Shown here: positions 5,024 through 6,589 of the stretch, one piece after another
Numbering within the stretch: the first letter of the stretch is position 1
How the letters are laid out: every line of letters starts with the position of its first letter
Source: a virus
Direction: 5' to 3' (one strand)
IMG/VR virus record: IMGVR_UViG_3300045988_019679
Coordinates: 1-6,589 of that record
DNA: 6,589 bases
The notes under the pieces: model-generated
Told to the model about the DNA's origin: nothing
Database searches by the model: none
The model's input: only the letters and a program-made list of their open reading frames with translations
Program-made: the position numbers and the translations under genes

Positions 5024-6589
5024 TTATTCAATATGAGGAATTGAGTTACGAGGTATAGTTGTTTTCTTAGTAATATCAAAAGCAATACTACCTAGAATCT
5101 TATCACCACTTTCAGAAGTCATAGCAAACACATCATTGACATGATCTGGATTTACGAGCAAAAAGTCCTTAGACAACTCAGGGGCTTTATCAAACACACG
5201 ATTGATAAGGAAGTTTCTCATAGAACCACGGAATTCACCATGTACTTCATCGAATGACGAAATCAAATCCCAGTATGCACGTTGATAACCAAATACATTG
5301 TTAACATTTGCGGGATTCACAGCATAAGCCTGATAAGGACACAAATGCTTATACAACATAGGCTGATAGCTTATATTGTTGAACTGAGGGAAATGCCAAT
5401 CCAAAAGGTTCATACGGGTGAAATGAGGCGGCAACAGCTGCGAATAATTTGCAGCAGGTACGACAGACATGACACCAAGAATGTAGCCTTCTTCAGGACA
5501 ATACTTGCGAATAACATGACGCATGCCAGACTGAAGCGAGCCTTGACCGGCAAAACTACCTAAAGGATTTCCTTCAGTAGGGGTTGTCTGGGTTACCTTA
5601 TATACAGGAATAGTGTCAGAAATACCACCAAGGAATTCGGGCATCATAAGCTCATCATAGTCCAAATTCACATCAAAGAGGCCTTTTACAAGGTTCTTGT
5701 AACGCGGAGATTGACGAACACGAATCTCAAGGAAACGCTGAAGAGAGTTAACATTTCGGAAGTCAGAAATAGAGATACCAGATGTGGCCATACCGAGAAG
5801 GTTACGAACAACGTCAGCAGGAGCATTGGAACTCTTAACCTGGAAGCCTGTAACAGTATCACCATCTTCAGCAGTCTCAAGTTGAGCATGATACTCAACA
5901 CCAGCAGCATCTCTAAAGGTAGCCTCTCCAAGAGAAGTGATACCTACAAGAGGCGCGACACCAGCCTGCGGAGATTGCAAAGCGGTAGTGTAAGCATCAG
6001 GCTCCCAATTAGCATAACGCAACTGATATTTATACGTATCAGAACCGCCTTTCGTAGAGGGGACATATTTGTTATATTCAGGTTTACCATCAACGATAAA
6101 GGGATTGTTACGAATATCACGGCCAAAGGCATTGTAGTAAGATTCGTATGCACGAAATGGCAAGGCGGATAGGGGAATGGCCGGAAATCGGTTGGTAGTA
6201 GAAGTATAGAAAGGACAGTTTGCAGCTACAGGTTTTGTCCACTCATTTGAGGCCATAACGGCTGAAACCGGCAATTTATTAAATAAATCCAAAAATTTAT
6301 CAAAAATACCGTACCATTTGATACCTCCAGAACCAACATAAAGAGCGGATAAAACATCAGTTTCTGGGGTTCGTCCGTTTTGATATTCTATTAATAAATA
6401 AAATGTAAAAGACGACACAGCCGAACCGGCATTGAAAGATAATTCTATACAATCATCTTTTATAGTTGAATTGTCAATTTTTCCGCAAAAATCCGCAACA
6501 TTACCGTTTAGAGAGAATATGCAACCCAAACGACCGGTAGAAACAAAGGCTGCCAATTCCGGGAAACCAGCTAAAGGTATACGAACGAC
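5024..6589 (-). CDS. VP1: Major capsid protein VP1, C-terminal part (6535..6589 duplicates 1..55). The full protein is 750 aa across the circular junction.
   Basis: Long ORF with the microvirus capsid motif LSALPFRAYESYYNAFGRDIRNNPF. The track's M at 6556 is actually a TTG (Leu) inside the protein (...GFPELAAFVSTGRLG...), an artefact of linearisation. The stop is TAA at 5026..5024. Confidence 0.93.
   Translation of the reverse strand, partial: VVRIPLAGFPELAAFVSTGRLGCIFSLNGNVADFCGKIDNSTIKDDCIELSFNAGSAVSSFTFYLLIEYQNGRTPETDVLSALYVGSGGIKWYGIFDKFLDLFNKLPVSAVMASNEWTKPVAANCPFYTSTTNRFPAIPLSALPFRAYESYYNAFGRDIRNNPFIVDGKPEYNKYVPSTKGGSDTYKYQLRYANWEPDAYTTALQSPQAGVAPLVGITSLGEATFRDAAGVEYHAQLETAEDGDTVTGFQVKSSNAPADVVRNLLGMATSGISISDFRNVNSLQRFLEIRVRQSPRYKNLVKGLFDVNLDYDELMMPEFLGGISDTIPVYKVTQTTPTEGNPLGSFAGQGSLQSGMRHVIRKYCPEEGYILGVMSVVPAANYSQLLPPHFTRMNLLDWHFPQFNNISYQPMLYKHLCPYQAYAVNPANVNNVFGYQRAYWDLISSFDEVHGEFRGSMRNFLINRVFDKAPELSKDFLLVNPDHVNDVFAMTSESGDKILGSIAFDITKKTTIPRNSIPHIE
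6535..6589. repeat. Terminal direct repeat, copy 2 (circular-contig assembly overlap)
   Basis: Exact 55-nt copy of 1..55, running to the window end. Confidence 0.95.

Noticed and set aside
233-6172. Plus-strand track ORFs (233..523, 857..1135, 1465..1752, 2044..2421, 3257..3439, 3949..4215, 4312..4644, 4662..4862, 5282..5563, 5711..6172).
   Set aside because: All lie antisense to well-supported minus-strand genes and have low-complexity or odd composition. I found no plus-strand TAnnTTTG promoter. Microviridae transcribe a single strand.
6554-6556. The ORF-track start codon (M) of the 510-aa ORF.
   Set aside because: The codon is TTG, encoding an internal Leu of VP1. The true start is ATG at 742..740 across the junction.
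6535-6589. The terminal direct repeat as a biological LTR, ITR or att duplication.
   Set aside because: It lies inside the VP1 reading frame and is needed exactly once to keep that frame continuous. It is therefore the overlap of a circular assembly.
1-6589. I looked for an integrase, transposase, reverse transcriptase, CRISPR repeats, toxin-antitoxin pairs or defence-system genes.
   Set aside because: No ORF of suitable size or motif exists. Every long ORF is accounted for by VP1, VP2 and VP4, and there are no regularly spaced repeats.

Overview
The window is one complete, circularly permuted Microviridae (ssDNA phage) genome. Bases 1..55 are repeated exactly at 6535..6589, so the unit length is 6,534 nt and the repeat is an assembly overlap. 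All credible genes lie on the minus strand, so the packaged mRNA-sense strand is the reverse complement of what is shown. Reading along the minus strand the order is: VP4 rolling-circle replication initiator (2754->1357), three small ORFs of 59, 74 and 66 aa, major capsid protein VP1, a 103-aa ORF, VP2 pilot/minor capsid protein (4710->3667), a 97-nt promoter-bearing gap, a 94-aa ORF, then a 530-nt ORF-free region. VP1 runs 742->1 and continues 6534->5024, giving 750 aa across the linearisation point. The large VP1, the 6.5-kb size, the absence of Shine-Dalgarno motifs and two TAnnTTTG -7 boxes point to an Alpavirinae-like microvirus of a Bacteroidetes host. Genes from VP4 to VP2 are packed with 0-2 nt spacers or overlaps, apart from one 12-nt gap. 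The exception is 2755..3666. It holds a separately promoted small ORF with a possible AlpA/Xis-like helix-turn-helix, and a long non-coding stretch. That stretch contains a GC/CpG-rich nested-helix element, a perfect 13-bp inverted repeat flanked by direct repeats, repeated AGATAA motifs and mutually exclusive hairpins. This block is the part most worth a second look, as a candidate origin, regulatory, lysogeny or ncRNA module. No integrase, transposase, CRISPR array, tRNA or rRNA is visible. All homology statements rest on motif recognition by eye, not on searches.
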